Source: Lachnospiraceae bacterium (GTDB lineage Bacteria; Bacillota; Clostridia; Lachnospirales; Lachnospiraceae). Taken from it: 64,000 nt of DNA. Under the pieces are notes generated by a model. The model was given only the letters and a program-made list of their open reading frames with translations. It was not told the origin of the DNA and ran no database searches. Positions 21,711-30,895 of this stretch are shown piece by piece; position 1 is the stretch's first letter, and every line of letters begins with the position of its first letter. The translations under genes were made by a program, and so were the position numbers. Location: NCBI GenBank assembly GCA_045593785.1, contig JAZNXH010000185.1:16225-80224 (forward strand). Direction: 5' to 3'.

Positions 21711-22073
21711 ATGCGAGGACGGGTAACCACGCATGGCAAGAACATAAAAGAAAAACGAAAACTAATCAGTAAACAGGAAAAATCCGAACAACGCAGACGA
21801 GTGTCCGAGCGTTTGTCTTATCTGGAAGCAATATCCGAAACCTTATCCCTTCCGCAAGAGATTCTTTCCGGCGCACCGGTATTGAGTATACATGGTCGCA
21901 ATTCCCTGCTGTTGGAAAACTATAAAAAAGTTTTAGAATATACAGATACACTGATCCGCATACAAACAAAACTATATTATGTAAACATTTGTGGGAACGA
22001 TTTGAAAATTCAATATTATACAAAAGATGAAATGAGAGTTGACGGGGTCTTTAAAAGCATAGAGTTTTCGTAG
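21711..22073 (+). CDS. yqfC: Sporulation protein YqfC
   Basis: Small protein with a YqfC-like core (PVLSIHGRNSLLLENYKKVLEYT...) directly upstream of yqfD. AAGGAG RBS. Confidence 0.85.
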   Translation: MRGRVTTHGKNIKEKRKLISKQEKSEQRRRVSERLSYLEAISETLSLPQEILSGAPVLSIHGRNSLLLENYKKVLEYTDTLIRIQTKLYYVNICGNDLKIQYYTKDEMRVDGVFKSIEFS

Positions 22074-22090
22074 GAAAGGTTGACGTAGAT

Positions 22091-23308
22091 ATGAATAAAT
22101 TTATATTCTGGATGAAAGGCTATGTTCATGCTTCTATACCTACGGAGAATGCAGAACGTTTTATTAATATACTGCGTGCCCAGAACATTTCAGCGTTTTA
22201 CTTTCAGATAAAAGACGAAAGATGTTGTTTTCGGATAAGCAAAAATGATTATCGTTTATTGCTACCACTTGCACGAAAAACATCTTCATATCCGAAGATT
22301 CACAAAAAGTGTGGAGGATATTATATATATCGAAGATTATTACGGCATACCGGCTTATACCTTGGAATGTTGTGTTTTCTAATGTTGGTATATATTCTTT
22401 CACAGTTTTTATGGAAAGTGGAATTTGACGGCAATCACTTGCATACGGACGAACAATTGCTGGTTTTTCTGGAGAAAAACAGTGTGGGATTTGGTAGCCG
22501 TACGAGAGAGATTGATTGCTCCGGAATCGAGGCAGAATTGCGTAAAGAGTTCCGGGATATATCATGGGCGTCGGTTGAATTGAACGGCAGTCGACTGATG
22601 GTACGGATAAAAGAAAGTATTCGTCCGGTTGAAGCATCAGAATCGGATGGTAAATTTCATATTGTGGCTGGGCAAAACGGGCTTGTTACAAAAATCATTA
22701 CGAGGAAAGGAACACCAAGAGTAATGGTTGGTGATAGCGTACAGAAGGGGGATGTTTTGATTGAAGGAGTGATAGAAACCATTAATGAATATGACGAAGT
22801 AGTAAAGCGTGAAATCGTCTGTGCGGATGGTGATATTACAATAAAATCAGATATAGCCTACCAAGATAGCATTCCGTTACTATACAAACGAAAAAGATTG
22901 ACAGGAGAACAAAGAAAAGGGTATTCTTTAGCGATTATGAATAAAAAAATATTTTCGTATATCCCTAGTATTCCATATAAAAGTTATGATATAATAACTA
23001 CATCTGTAACCTGGAAAATATCTGACAATCTGTATTTGCCGATTTCACATAATACTATATCTTGTATGGAATATATAGAGGAAGAAGCAAGGCGAAGTAA
23101 TGCACAGCTTACACAGATATGTTATCAGCGTTATTTGGATACCATGGAACAATATCTGTCTTCGGGATATCAGATATTGGATGAGCAGGTTGAACTGCAG
23201 ATATCAGATGATGCTTGTTGTTTGCAGGGGACGGTAACCTTAGATGGACCATTTTGGCATAATGAAGAGGTTACACTAGAAGGTGTGGAAGGAATTACAA
23301 CGGAATGA
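22091..23308 (+). CDS. yqfD: Sporulation protein YqfD (stage IV)
   Basis: About 400 aa with one central TM segment. The yqfC-yqfD-phoH order is conserved in spore formers. Confidence 0.85.
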   Translation: MNKFIFWMKGYVHASIPTENAERFINILRAQNISAFYFQIKDERCCFRISKNDYRLLLPLARKTSSYPKIHKKCGGYYIYRRLLRHTGLYLGMLCFLMLVYILSQFLWKVEFDGNHLHTDEQLLVFLEKNSVGFGSRTREIDCSGIEAELRKEFRDISWASVELNGSRLMVRIKESIRPVEASESDGKFHIVAGQNGLVTKIITRKGTPRVMVGDSVQKGDVLIEGVIETINEYDEVVKREIVCADGDITIKSDIAYQDSIPLLYKRKRLTGEQRKGYSLAIMNKKIFSYIPSIPYKSYDIITTSVTWKISDNLYLPISHNTISCMEYIEEEARRSNAQLTQICYQRYLDTMEQYLSSGYQILDEQVELQISDDACCLQGTVTLDGPFWHNEEVTLEGVEGITTE

Positions 23309-24321
23309 GTATATCAGAGCGAAGAATGATATTATCTGCAGAAAGTCAAAAACTTGTATTTGGTCAGTTCGATGCTTTTGCAAAAATCATTGAACGTTCT
23401 CTCAATGTAACAATCATTGCAAGAGATGATGAAATAAAGATTGTTGGGGACTCTGAGCGGATTGCAGGTGCAGAAGATGTATTAAAAAAACTTGCTGCCG
23501 GTGTGCAACGCGGTGAGGAAATCAGTGAACAAAAAGTAAATTATATTCTGGCACTTGCAGTAGAACAAAATACCGAACGTATTGACGAGATAGATAAAGA
23601 ATTGATTTGCCATACAATAAACGGCAAACCGATCCGCCCGAAGACAATTGGGCAAAAGGATTATGTTGATATGATTCGGAACAAGATGATTGTTTTTGGT
23701 ATTGGGCCAGCCGGTACCGGAAAAACATATCTTGCAATGGCAGCTGCTATTAATGCTTTCAAGAACGATGAAGTGAGCAGAATTATTTTGACACGACCGG
23801 CGATTGAAGCCGGAGAAAAACTCGGTTTTCTGCCGGGTGATTTACAGAGCAAAGTAGATCCGTATTTACGTCCGCTATATGATGCTCTGTTTCAGATTAT
23901 GGGCGCAGAAAGTTTCCATAAAAATATGGAAAAAGGTCTCATTGAAGTGGCACCTTTGGCTTACATGCGTGGGCGGACTTTGGACAATGCATTTATTATT
24001 CTGGATGAGGCACAGAATACGACGCCTGCACAGATGAAGATGTTTTTGACACGAATCGGTTTTGGTTCTAAGGTCGTAATTACCGGTGACTTGACACAGA
24101 AAGATCTTCCGTCCGGACAAACCTCCGGTCTTGATATTGCGTTAAATGTTTTGAAGAAAATTGATGATATTGGGATTGCGCGTATGACATCGCTGGATGT
24201 TGTAAGACATCCATTAGTTCAAAAGATTGTCAATGCATATGAACAGTATGAAAAAAAAGCAGAGAGAACTTCTTCTGAGAAAAAGACTGTTTCGAATAAG
24301 AGGAGTACAAAACACGGATGA
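23305..24321 (+). CDS. phoH: PhoH-family ATPase
   Basis: GPAGTGKTYLA Walker A and ILDEAQN Walker B. The ATGA overlaps the yqfD stop. Confidence 0.95.
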   Translation: MSISERRMILSAESQKLVFGQFDAFAKIIERSLNVTIIARDDEIKIVGDSERIAGAEDVLKKLAAGVQRGEEISEQKVNYILALAVEQNTERIDEIDKELICHTINGKPIRPKTIGQKDYVDMIRNKMIVFGIGPAGTGKTYLAMAAAINAFKNDEVSRIILTRPAIEAGEKLGFLPGDLQSKVDPYLRPLYDALFQIMGAESFHKNMEKGLIEVAPLAYMRGRTLDNAFIILDEAQNTTPAQMKMFLTRIGFGSKVVITGDLTQKDLPSGQTSGLDIALNVLKKIDDIGIARMTSLDVVRHPLVQKIVNAYEQYEKKAERTSSEKKTVSNKRSTKHG

Positions 24322-25595
24322 GTACAAATTGCGGAAAAACCGTGTATTTAACAGTTGGTGTATTATCAGTTATCTATGCGGCATCATTATTAGTATTGTA
24401 TTTATTTGAAGGAAACATCGGCGGTAGATTGCTTTATCCGGCAATTACATCCGGTGTGTTTTGTGTTTTCTTAATTTATATGATTCTTACAAATTCAGAA
24501 ATAACGCAGAGACAGGCATTCTCATCATTATTTATTACATGCTGTTATTTGATTGTAAGTTTATTAATCTGTTTTCCGAATCAGATTGTTGATCGATATG
24601 CGCTTATGTATCTCGTTGCCATACCGATTGCAGTGATTTATGGATTGCGGTATGCGTTGGTTGCAGTCAGCGCAGTGTTTGTTCTCATGATTGTCAGCGG
24701 CGGATACAATCTAACCATCGAGTTACAACATGTAATGTATTTCATAATTGTATGTATTCTTGCAAACGGAAAAAAGAAAAAGGGATTAGATTTTGTTGCT
24801 GCAATTATTTCATTTTTGTTGCAGGGAATTCTTCTTCTGGTATCCGGTAAGATGATGCTTTTTAGTGCGAATCTACTGTTTACCGAGGCAATTATTATTT
24901 CTATTAATTCATTGACAATTTTAATTGTTTATCGCCTTTCAATGTTACAGGAACAGAGTGCAATATGCAATGAAGCGACAGATGAAATGTATGATGCAGC
25001 AACGAAGAAAGAATTTCATAAAGAAGAGATTCCGGCAGAACCTTCGGTTGCTCCTGCTGTAGAGATTGATTATTCACGATATCCTTTTGAATTGTCATAT
25101 CTGATTCAGAATGATTGTGAAGTCGCAAAGCGTTTTCAGGAAAATGCGCCCCGTGCATTCTTACGCGCCTTAGAAACAGCTGATTTTGCACGTAAGATGG
25201 CATATAGTTTTGGTGCGAACAGTGATCTTGTATATGCAGCTGCACTGTATCATGATATTGAACGTATCTATAAAGATGCACCTTCTGCCCAAGTGGTATT
25301 ACCGGATTATTTATATAAAATGATTCGACGACAAATTGACAAACAGGCACCCCAGTCCTTGGAAGAACTGATCGTCCTGTTAAGTAATCATGTGTTAACA
25401 ATTCATCATTATATGGAAAAAAACAATTCAAAAATATCTGTATCAAAGGTGATAGAAAACATTTTCAATCTGCAGTTGAAGAAAGGTCATATTATTTCTG
25501 CAGGTATATCGATGTCACAATATCATAGGATGCGAAATGAGTTTACACAAGAGTTTATTCGATATCTGGAATTGAAAGAAGGGAAAACCGAATGA
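24318..25595 (+). CDS. Polytopic membrane protein with a C-terminal HD-like domain (short, divergent YqfF/PgpH-like)
   Basis: About seven hydrophobic helices followed by LYHDIERIY. It sits between phoH and ybeY, where the 7TM-HD gene normally lies. ATGA overlaps at both ends. Confidence 0.7.
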   Translation: MSTNCGKTVYLTVGVLSVIYAASLLVLYLFEGNIGGRLLYPAITSGVFCVFLIYMILTNSEITQRQAFSSLFITCCYLIVSLLICFPNQIVDRYALMYLVAIPIAVIYGLRYALVAVSAVFVLMIVSGGYNLTIELQHVMYFIIVCILANGKKKKGLDFVAAIISFLLQGILLLVSGKMMLFSANLLFTEAIIISINSLTILIVYRLSMLQEQSAICNEATDEMYDAATKKEFHKEEIPAEPSVAPAVEIDYSRYPFELSYLIQNDCEVAKRFQENAPRAFLRALETADFARKMAYSFGANSDLVYAAALYHDIERIYKDAPSAQVVLPDYLYKMIRRQIDKQAPQSLEELIVLLSNHVLTIHHYMEKNNSKISVSKVIENIFNLQLKKGHIISAGISMSQYHRMRNEFTQEFIRYLELKEGKTE

Positions 25596-26098
25596 CAATT
25601 TATATTGAGAACGAACAGGAGAAAAAGATTCCGTTTGATTATGATGCATTACTGAACCGTATTATTACATATGTAATTGAACGTGAAGGATGTCCCTATG
25701 AAGCAGAAGTTTCTGTTGTGATTACAAATGATGAGGCAATTCATGAGGCAAATCTTGAATTCAGACAGATTGACAGGGCAACTGATGTTTTATCTTTTCC
25801 GATGTGTATGTACGAAAAACCGGGCGATTTTGATGCTTTAGAGGAACAAGATGTGTTTCATCCGGAATCCGGTGAACTGTTACTCGGTGATATTATGATA
25901 TCGTATGATCATGTTCAGAAACAAGCAGAGGAATTTGGACATTCGGAAGTTCGTGAGTTTGCATTTTTAACTGTTCATAGTATGTTACATTTGTTTGGTT
26001 ATGATCATGAAGCGGATGACGAACGCAATATAATGGAAGCACTGCAGGATAATATATTAACCGAACTCAATATAACAAGAGATTCTTACATTGATTAG
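25592..26098 (+). CDS. ybeY: rRNA maturation endoribonuclease YbeY
   Basis: HSMLHLFGYDH zinc-binding motif. Confidence 0.95.
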   Translation: MTIYIENEQEKKIPFDYDALLNRIITYVIEREGCPYEAEVSVVITNDEAIHEANLEFRQIDRATDVLSFPMCMYEKPGDFDALEEQDVFHPESGELLLGDIMISYDHVQKQAEEFGHSEVREFAFLTVHSMLHLFGYDHEADDERNIMEALQDNILTELNITRDSYID

Positions 26099-26107
26099 GA
26101 GAGAAAC

Positions 26108-27265
26108 ATGAGAAAATTCAGCGTATTATTGTTTGTATTTTGTTTCATTTGCATTGCAATGGTCGCGTGTGGAAATGATAAACAAGTAACTGAAAATCAA
26201 GGAAATCTGGCAACACTGACGCCGACCCCGACAATGTCACCGACCCCGATTCCAACACTGACGAGCACACCGACCCCAACGCCGTTGGAAGAGATTACCC
26301 CTACACCGGAACCGGAAAATGTAATTCCGGAAGGAATGGTAAAAAGCAGACTTACCGGAATGTGGATATCGGAAGATACAGCACAATATCGACCGTATGC
26401 AATCATGATAAATAATATAAAAGTTGCATCACCACAGAGCGGTTTGAGCGCGGCTGATATATTGTATGAAGCTCTTGTTGAGTATGGTATTACAAGATTT
26501 ATGGCTGTATTTGAGGCACAGGATGCGATGGCTGATACGACATCCAGAATTGGTTCAATTCGTAGTGCAAGACACTATTTTGTCAACTTTGCAAATGAAT
26601 TGGATGCAATTTATGTCCATTTTGGTGGCACATCCTATGCATCAGATCAGATTGAAAATAGTCATATAGATGAAGTAGACGGAATTAAAGGCGGATTGGC
26701 CAATTGGGCATTTACACGCGATGAAGCCATCCAATCACCCCATAATGTGTTTTTAAATTATTCTGTTATGTTAAATGAGGTTTTCAATTCCTCGCTTCGT
26801 AGTGAATGGGGTGAAAACAGAGAAAAAATCTTCAATTTCTATGAACAGGATACGACGCTTGAAAACGGTCAGAAAGCAGAAAAGGTTACGATTCAGTTCT
26901 CTCAGTCCGTTCGTCCTTATTTGATTTATGATCAGAATTCGGGTGAATATATCAGATATCAGTTTGGTGTTTTGCATAAAGATGCCAACAATGACCAACC
27001 ATTAACCTTTAAGAATATTATTGTTCAATATGTAAAACACGCTGAAATTAGTAACGGATATCTCAATATGGAATTAGATGATGAAGAGGGAGATGGTTAC
27101 TATATAACAAATGGTATTGCAGTTCCGATTATTTGGAAACGGAATGTAGCTGAAAATGAATGTCGTTATTATGATACTTCGGGAAATGAATTGTTTATTA
27201 ATGTAGGGAAGACATATATAGCAATTTATCCTGATGATTATCGTGGCGGAGTGATTTTTGAATAG
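26108..27265 (+). CDS. DUF3048 (YerB-like) lipoprotein
   Basis: Lipobox signal peptide (...IAMVAC|G), a Pro/Thr linker, and a YerB-like core RPYAIMINNIKVASPQSGLSAADILYEALVEYGITRFMAVF. Confidence 0.85.
   Translation: MRKFSVLLFVFCFICIAMVACGNDKQVTENQGNLATLTPTPTMSPTPIPTLTSTPTPTPLEEITPTPEPENVIPEGMVKSRLTGMWISEDTAQYRPYAIMINNIKVASPQSGLSAADILYEALVEYGITRFMAVFEAQDAMADTTSRIGSIRSARHYFVNFANELDAIYVHFGGTSYASDQIENSHIDEVDGIKGGLANWAFTRDEAIQSPHNVFLNYSVMLNEVFNSSLRSEWGENREKIFNFYEQDTTLENGQKAEKVTIQFSQSVRPYLIYDQNSGEYIRYQFGVLHKDANNDQPLTFKNIIVQYVKHAEISNGYLNMELDDEEGDGYYITNGIAVPIIWKRNVAENECRYYDTSGNELFINVGKTYIAIYPDDYRGGVIFE
26211..26290 (+). repeat. Imperfect direct repeats encoding the Pro/Thr linker
   Basis: caacactgacg occurs at 26211 and 26253. 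ccgaccccga occurs at 26222 and 26240, with a one-mismatch copy ccgaccccaa at 26270. It is low-complexity coding sequence. Confidence 0.4.
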
Positions 27266-27279
27266 AGAGTAGAAGCGTT

Positions 27280-28902
27280 ATGGAACAAAGAAAAAACCAA
27301 TATCTTGTTCAAGGAAGTATTCTGGCCGTAGCCTCAATTATTACAAGAATCATCGGAATGTTATATAAGATTCCGATGACCCATATGATCGGAAGTGAAG
27401 GTATGGCATATTACAATACTGCTTATGAGATATATAGTATTGTTTTGATTTTATCTTCCTTGAGTATCCCGCTTGCATTATCAAAGTTGATTTCCGCAAG
27501 AGAGGAGAATAAAGAATATCGGACATCCGGAAGAATATTCCGGCTTACTATGATGCTTGCATGCGCTACTGGTGGAATTGCATCACTGGTAATATGGTTT
27601 GGTGCCGGTTATTTTGCCGAGCTTACAGGATATCCAAGCGCAAAGTATCCGCTTCGTATTTTAGCGCCGACTATATTTATCGTTGCAGTATTAGGTGTAT
27701 TACGTGGATTTTTCCAGGGTAGAAAAACAATGCTTCCGACCGCTCTGTCACAGATTATTGAGCAAATTGTGAATGCAGTTATTAGTATTCTGGCAGCATA
27801 TTTACTGATGAAAGCGTTCATAGGAGACGATTCACAAGCATCAAGAGGAGCAGCCGGCGGAACACTTGGGACCTTGTGCGGTGCCGCTGCGGGAACTTTA
27901 TTTCTCGGATTTGTATTTTATTTGAACAAAGATTATGTCAAGCGAAAAGAAGCACAGGATGTAAATTCAAAAAATGAGTCCACTTTTGAACTGATAAAAG
28001 CAATTTGCCTGACACTGTTTCCGATTATTCTCAGTCAGACCGTTTATCAAATCAGTGGTATTTTAGATATTAGTATTTTCGGAAATTATATGGAATCCAT
28101 TGGTGTTTCCGAAAGTAATAGTGCGGTCTTACAAGAAGCGTATACGAATAAATACAGACAGTTGACGAATGTTCCGGTTGCAATTGCATCGGCTTTAAGT
28201 GCAGCGATTGTGCCATCTTTATCGGCTTCATTTCAAGTAAAAAATGTTCTGGACATACGAAAAAAGATTCATTCGTCCATCAAGATGAACATGATTATTG
28301 CAATTCCTGCTGCCGTTGGTATGGGAGTATTGGGACCGCAGCTGATTCAGTTGTTATATAAAGATACATCAATATTAAGTGGAAATCTGTTACGGATTGG
28401 ATCGGTAGCGATTGTATTTTTCGCATATTCAACAATGACAAACGGAATACTTCAGGGACTTGGGAGATTAAGAACCCCGGTTGTTCATGCTGCAGTATCC
28501 TTGGCAATCCACATTGGAATGTTATATTTTATGCTGCACATATTACAATTGAATGTATATTCTATGGTGATTGGTAATGTTAGTTTTGCCTTTATTGTTT
28601 GTATTTTGAATTGGACTTCGATTCAACATATTGCAGGATACAAACAGGAAATCAGGACAAGCTTTGTTTTGCCCACAATTGCTGCAATTGCGATGGGCTT
28701 TGTCACATATTTTGGCTATAAATTTTTGCATTACCTGACATCAAGTAATTTTGTTGCCACCTTATTTTCTATGGTATTAGCTGTTATCGTTTATTTTGTT
28801 TTATTATTCTTACTTAAGACATTAACAAAAGAGGAATTATTGGATTATCCAATGGGTGCAAGAATTTATCGCTTGTGCAGAAAAATGAAATTAATGAAAT
28901 AA
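27280..28902 (+). CDS. MOP-superfamily flippase (MurJ/SpoVB-like polysaccharide biosynthesis protein)
   Basis: 540 aa with about 14 TM helices and a typical N-terminus (GSILAVASIITRIIGMLYKIPM). Confidence 0.85.
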   Translation: MEQRKNQYLVQGSILAVASIITRIIGMLYKIPMTHMIGSEGMAYYNTAYEIYSIVLILSSLSIPLALSKLISAREENKEYRTSGRIFRLTMMLACATGGIASLVIWFGAGYFAELTGYPSAKYPLRILAPTIFIVAVLGVLRGFFQGRKTMLPTALSQIIEQIVNAVISILAAYLLMKAFIGDDSQASRGAAGGTLGTLCGAAAGTLFLGFVFYLNKDYVKRKEAQDVNSKNESTFELIKAICLTLFPIILSQTVYQISGILDISIFGNYMESIGVSESNSAVLQEAYTNKYRQLTNVPVAIASALSAAIVPSLSASFQVKNVLDIRKKIHSSIKMNMIIAIPAAVGMGVLGPQLIQLLYKDTSILSGNLLRIGSVAIVFFAYSTMTNGILQGLGRLRTPVVHAAVSLAIHIGMLYFMLHILQLNVYSMVIGNVSFAFIVCILNWTSIQHIAGYKQEIRTSFVLPTIAAIAMGFVTYFGYKFLHYLTSSNFVATLFSMVLAVIVYFVLLFLLKTLTKEELLDYPMGARIYRLCRKMKLMK

Positions 28903-28961
28903 TATGTTTCTGATATAAAATATTGGTCAATACTCTCTGTAAAACGATAGGGGGGGAGTAT

Positions 28962-29627
28962 ATGAAACGTTTTTTTGTATCATTTTTGGGAATCTTATCA
29001 GTGATTGTGTTTTTTACACTTTGCTATTATGTTTCGTTTCTTAATATTTCACGTCAATTAGAGAGAAAAAAACAAGAACAGGATACGAACATACAAAAAA
29101 TTGTTCTGTCACAGGAGGAACAGAATCGTTATCCGACAGTATTATCGGAATCCTCACAATCTGCAGAAGTAACAATTGAGAATGGGATTATTACAGCCGA
29201 TACTGTTTGTATTTATGAAATTGTTGATATCAGTACCGGCGAGAAAATCCGGTATGAGACAAAACCAGGGGCAGATATGGCTGGCTTATCACGTGAACAG
29301 CTAATAAATAAGCTGGAGAAATACATGAGTAATCTTTCTCTTGCTGAATATGAAGATGGTTTGGTTTTGTGTGAGCTTGTTTCATTTTCCCCGAAACAAG
29401 TTGTGATTCAGAAAGTTTATGATCGTCGTAAGGTGCAATTTAAGTATGTTGTTACGATAAAAAATAATGAAGTGATTGTATATTATAGTGATTACAGAAC
29501 TGTCTATGAATATACCGGCATTTCAGCAGATGGACTCACAGAAGAAATTTATTTGGCACTCACGGATGGTGTACAAGTAAAAAATATAGAGGAACTATAT
29601 GATTATTTGTCCGGAATAACAAGTTGA
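28962..29627 (+). CDS. Hypothetical membrane-anchored protein
   Basis: ATG follows a GGGGGGA RBS. One N-terminal TM helix; no recognised motif. Confidence 0.6.
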   Translation: MKRFFVSFLGILSVIVFFTLCYYVSFLNISRQLERKKQEQDTNIQKIVLSQEEQNRYPTVLSESSQSAEVTIENGIITADTVCIYEIVDISTGEKIRYETKPGADMAGLSREQLINKLEKYMSNLSLAEYEDGLVLCELVSFSPKQVVIQKVYDRRKVQFKYVVTIKNNEVIVYYSDYRTVYEYTGISADGLTEEIYLALTDGVQVKNIEELYDYLSGITS

Positions 29628-29652
29628 ACTACGGACAGGACAAGGAAAAACA

Positions 29653-30870
29653 ATGCAGGAGATAATTGTAATTGGTGGCGGAGCATCCGGAATGACAGCG
29701 GCAATTTGTGCTGCAAGAACAGGAGCCCGTGTTCTTTTAATTGAAAAAGGTAAAAAACTCGGTCGGAAGATTGCAGCAAGCGGAAACGGAAAATGCAATC
29801 TTACAAATGCCGATATTTCAACAAAACACTATCATAACGCGTATCAAGAAAAATTAGAGCAAATTCTTGAACAAGCAGATCTGGATACTGTGCTTACATT
29901 TATGAACAGTATTGGTATCCGATGTAAAGAAAAACGCGGCTATTACTATCCAATGTCGGAACAAGCAGCGGTAGTTGTCCAGATGTTGCAGGCTGAATTA
30001 GAGCATTTACGAGTTAAGATAATTTATGAGGAACGCCTGGTAGATGTTTTACACAATGATGACGGGTCATTTCGTATTATTACAGATAAATCCGCTTATT
30101 TTGCCCGAAAAGTTATTTTTTCTTGTGGCGGACTGGCAGCCGGCAAACTTGGAGCAGAAGGTACAGGGTATCAGTTGTTAAAAAAACTCGGACATACCAT
30201 CGTTGATCCCACTCCTGCACTGGTACAAATTACAGCAAAGGAACGGTACATAAAGAAGATATCAGGAGTGCGAACAGAAGCAAAAATCCGTTTGTCTATA
30301 GAAAACGATTCTTATTCGGAAGAAGGCGAGATAATTTTTACGGATAATGGCATCTCCGGTATTCCGGTATTTCAATTAAGCAGATTTGTTACGGATGCAA
30401 TTAAAAAGAATCGCAGTATTAAGTTATTGGTTAATGTTTTACCGCAGGTGAATACTGAAAAAGTTTTCAATGATCTTTTAAGTTTCGTACAATACAATCC
30501 GGATCTTCCTTTTGAATATCTGTTTCGAAGTTTGTGCAATCATAAATTGGTATATGCAATTATTTGTGAATTGGGACTTGTGGCAGATATGCCATGTAAA
30601 GCCATAAAGCAATCTGATATGAAACGTTTGTTTAATGTGTTGCAGAATCTTGAATTTACGGTTACAGGCACAAATGGGTTTGAATTTGCACAAGTAACAC
30701 GAGGCGGAGTACCATTGCCTGAGATTGATCCGACAACAATGGAATCAAAAAAGCATCCCGGGTTATATATTACAGGTGAACTGTTGGATATTGATGGTAT
30801 TTGCGGCGGATACAATTTGCACTTTGCCTGGGCAAGTGGCATGATTGCGGGGAAGGCCGCTGGTATGTGA
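29653..30870 (+). CDS. HI0933/BaiN-family FAD-dependent flavoprotein
   Basis: N-terminal dinucleotide fold VIGGGASGMTAA and the C-terminal ITGELLDIDGICGGYN typical of the family. Confidence 0.88.
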   Translation: MQEIIVIGGGASGMTAAICAARTGARVLLIEKGKKLGRKIAASGNGKCNLTNADISTKHYHNAYQEKLEQILEQADLDTVLTFMNSIGIRCKEKRGYYYPMSEQAAVVVQMLQAELEHLRVKIIYEERLVDVLHNDDGSFRIITDKSAYFARKVIFSCGGLAAGKLGAEGTGYQLLKKLGHTIVDPTPALVQITAKERYIKKISGVRTEAKIRLSIENDSYSEEGEIIFTDNGISGIPVFQLSRFVTDAIKKNRSIKLLVNVLPQVNTEKVFNDLLSFVQYNPDLPFEYLFRSLCNHKLVYAIICELGLVADMPCKAIKQSDMKRLFNVLQNLEFTVTGTNGFEFAQVTRGGVPLPEIDPTTMESKKHPGLYITGELLDIDGICGGYNLHFAWASGMIAGKAAGM

Positions 30871-30895
30871 TAAATATAATGAAAGGTGTTGTATC

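Noticed and set aside
24904-25446. 180-aa minus-strand ORF
   Set aside because: It is antisense to the 7TM-HD gene, which is locked into an operon by ATGA overlaps. No supporting signals.
26211-26290. Short direct DNA repeats that might suggest a CRISPR or VNTR element
   Set aside because: They lie inside a CDS and encode a Pro/Thr linker. There are only two or three imperfect copies and no spacer architecture.
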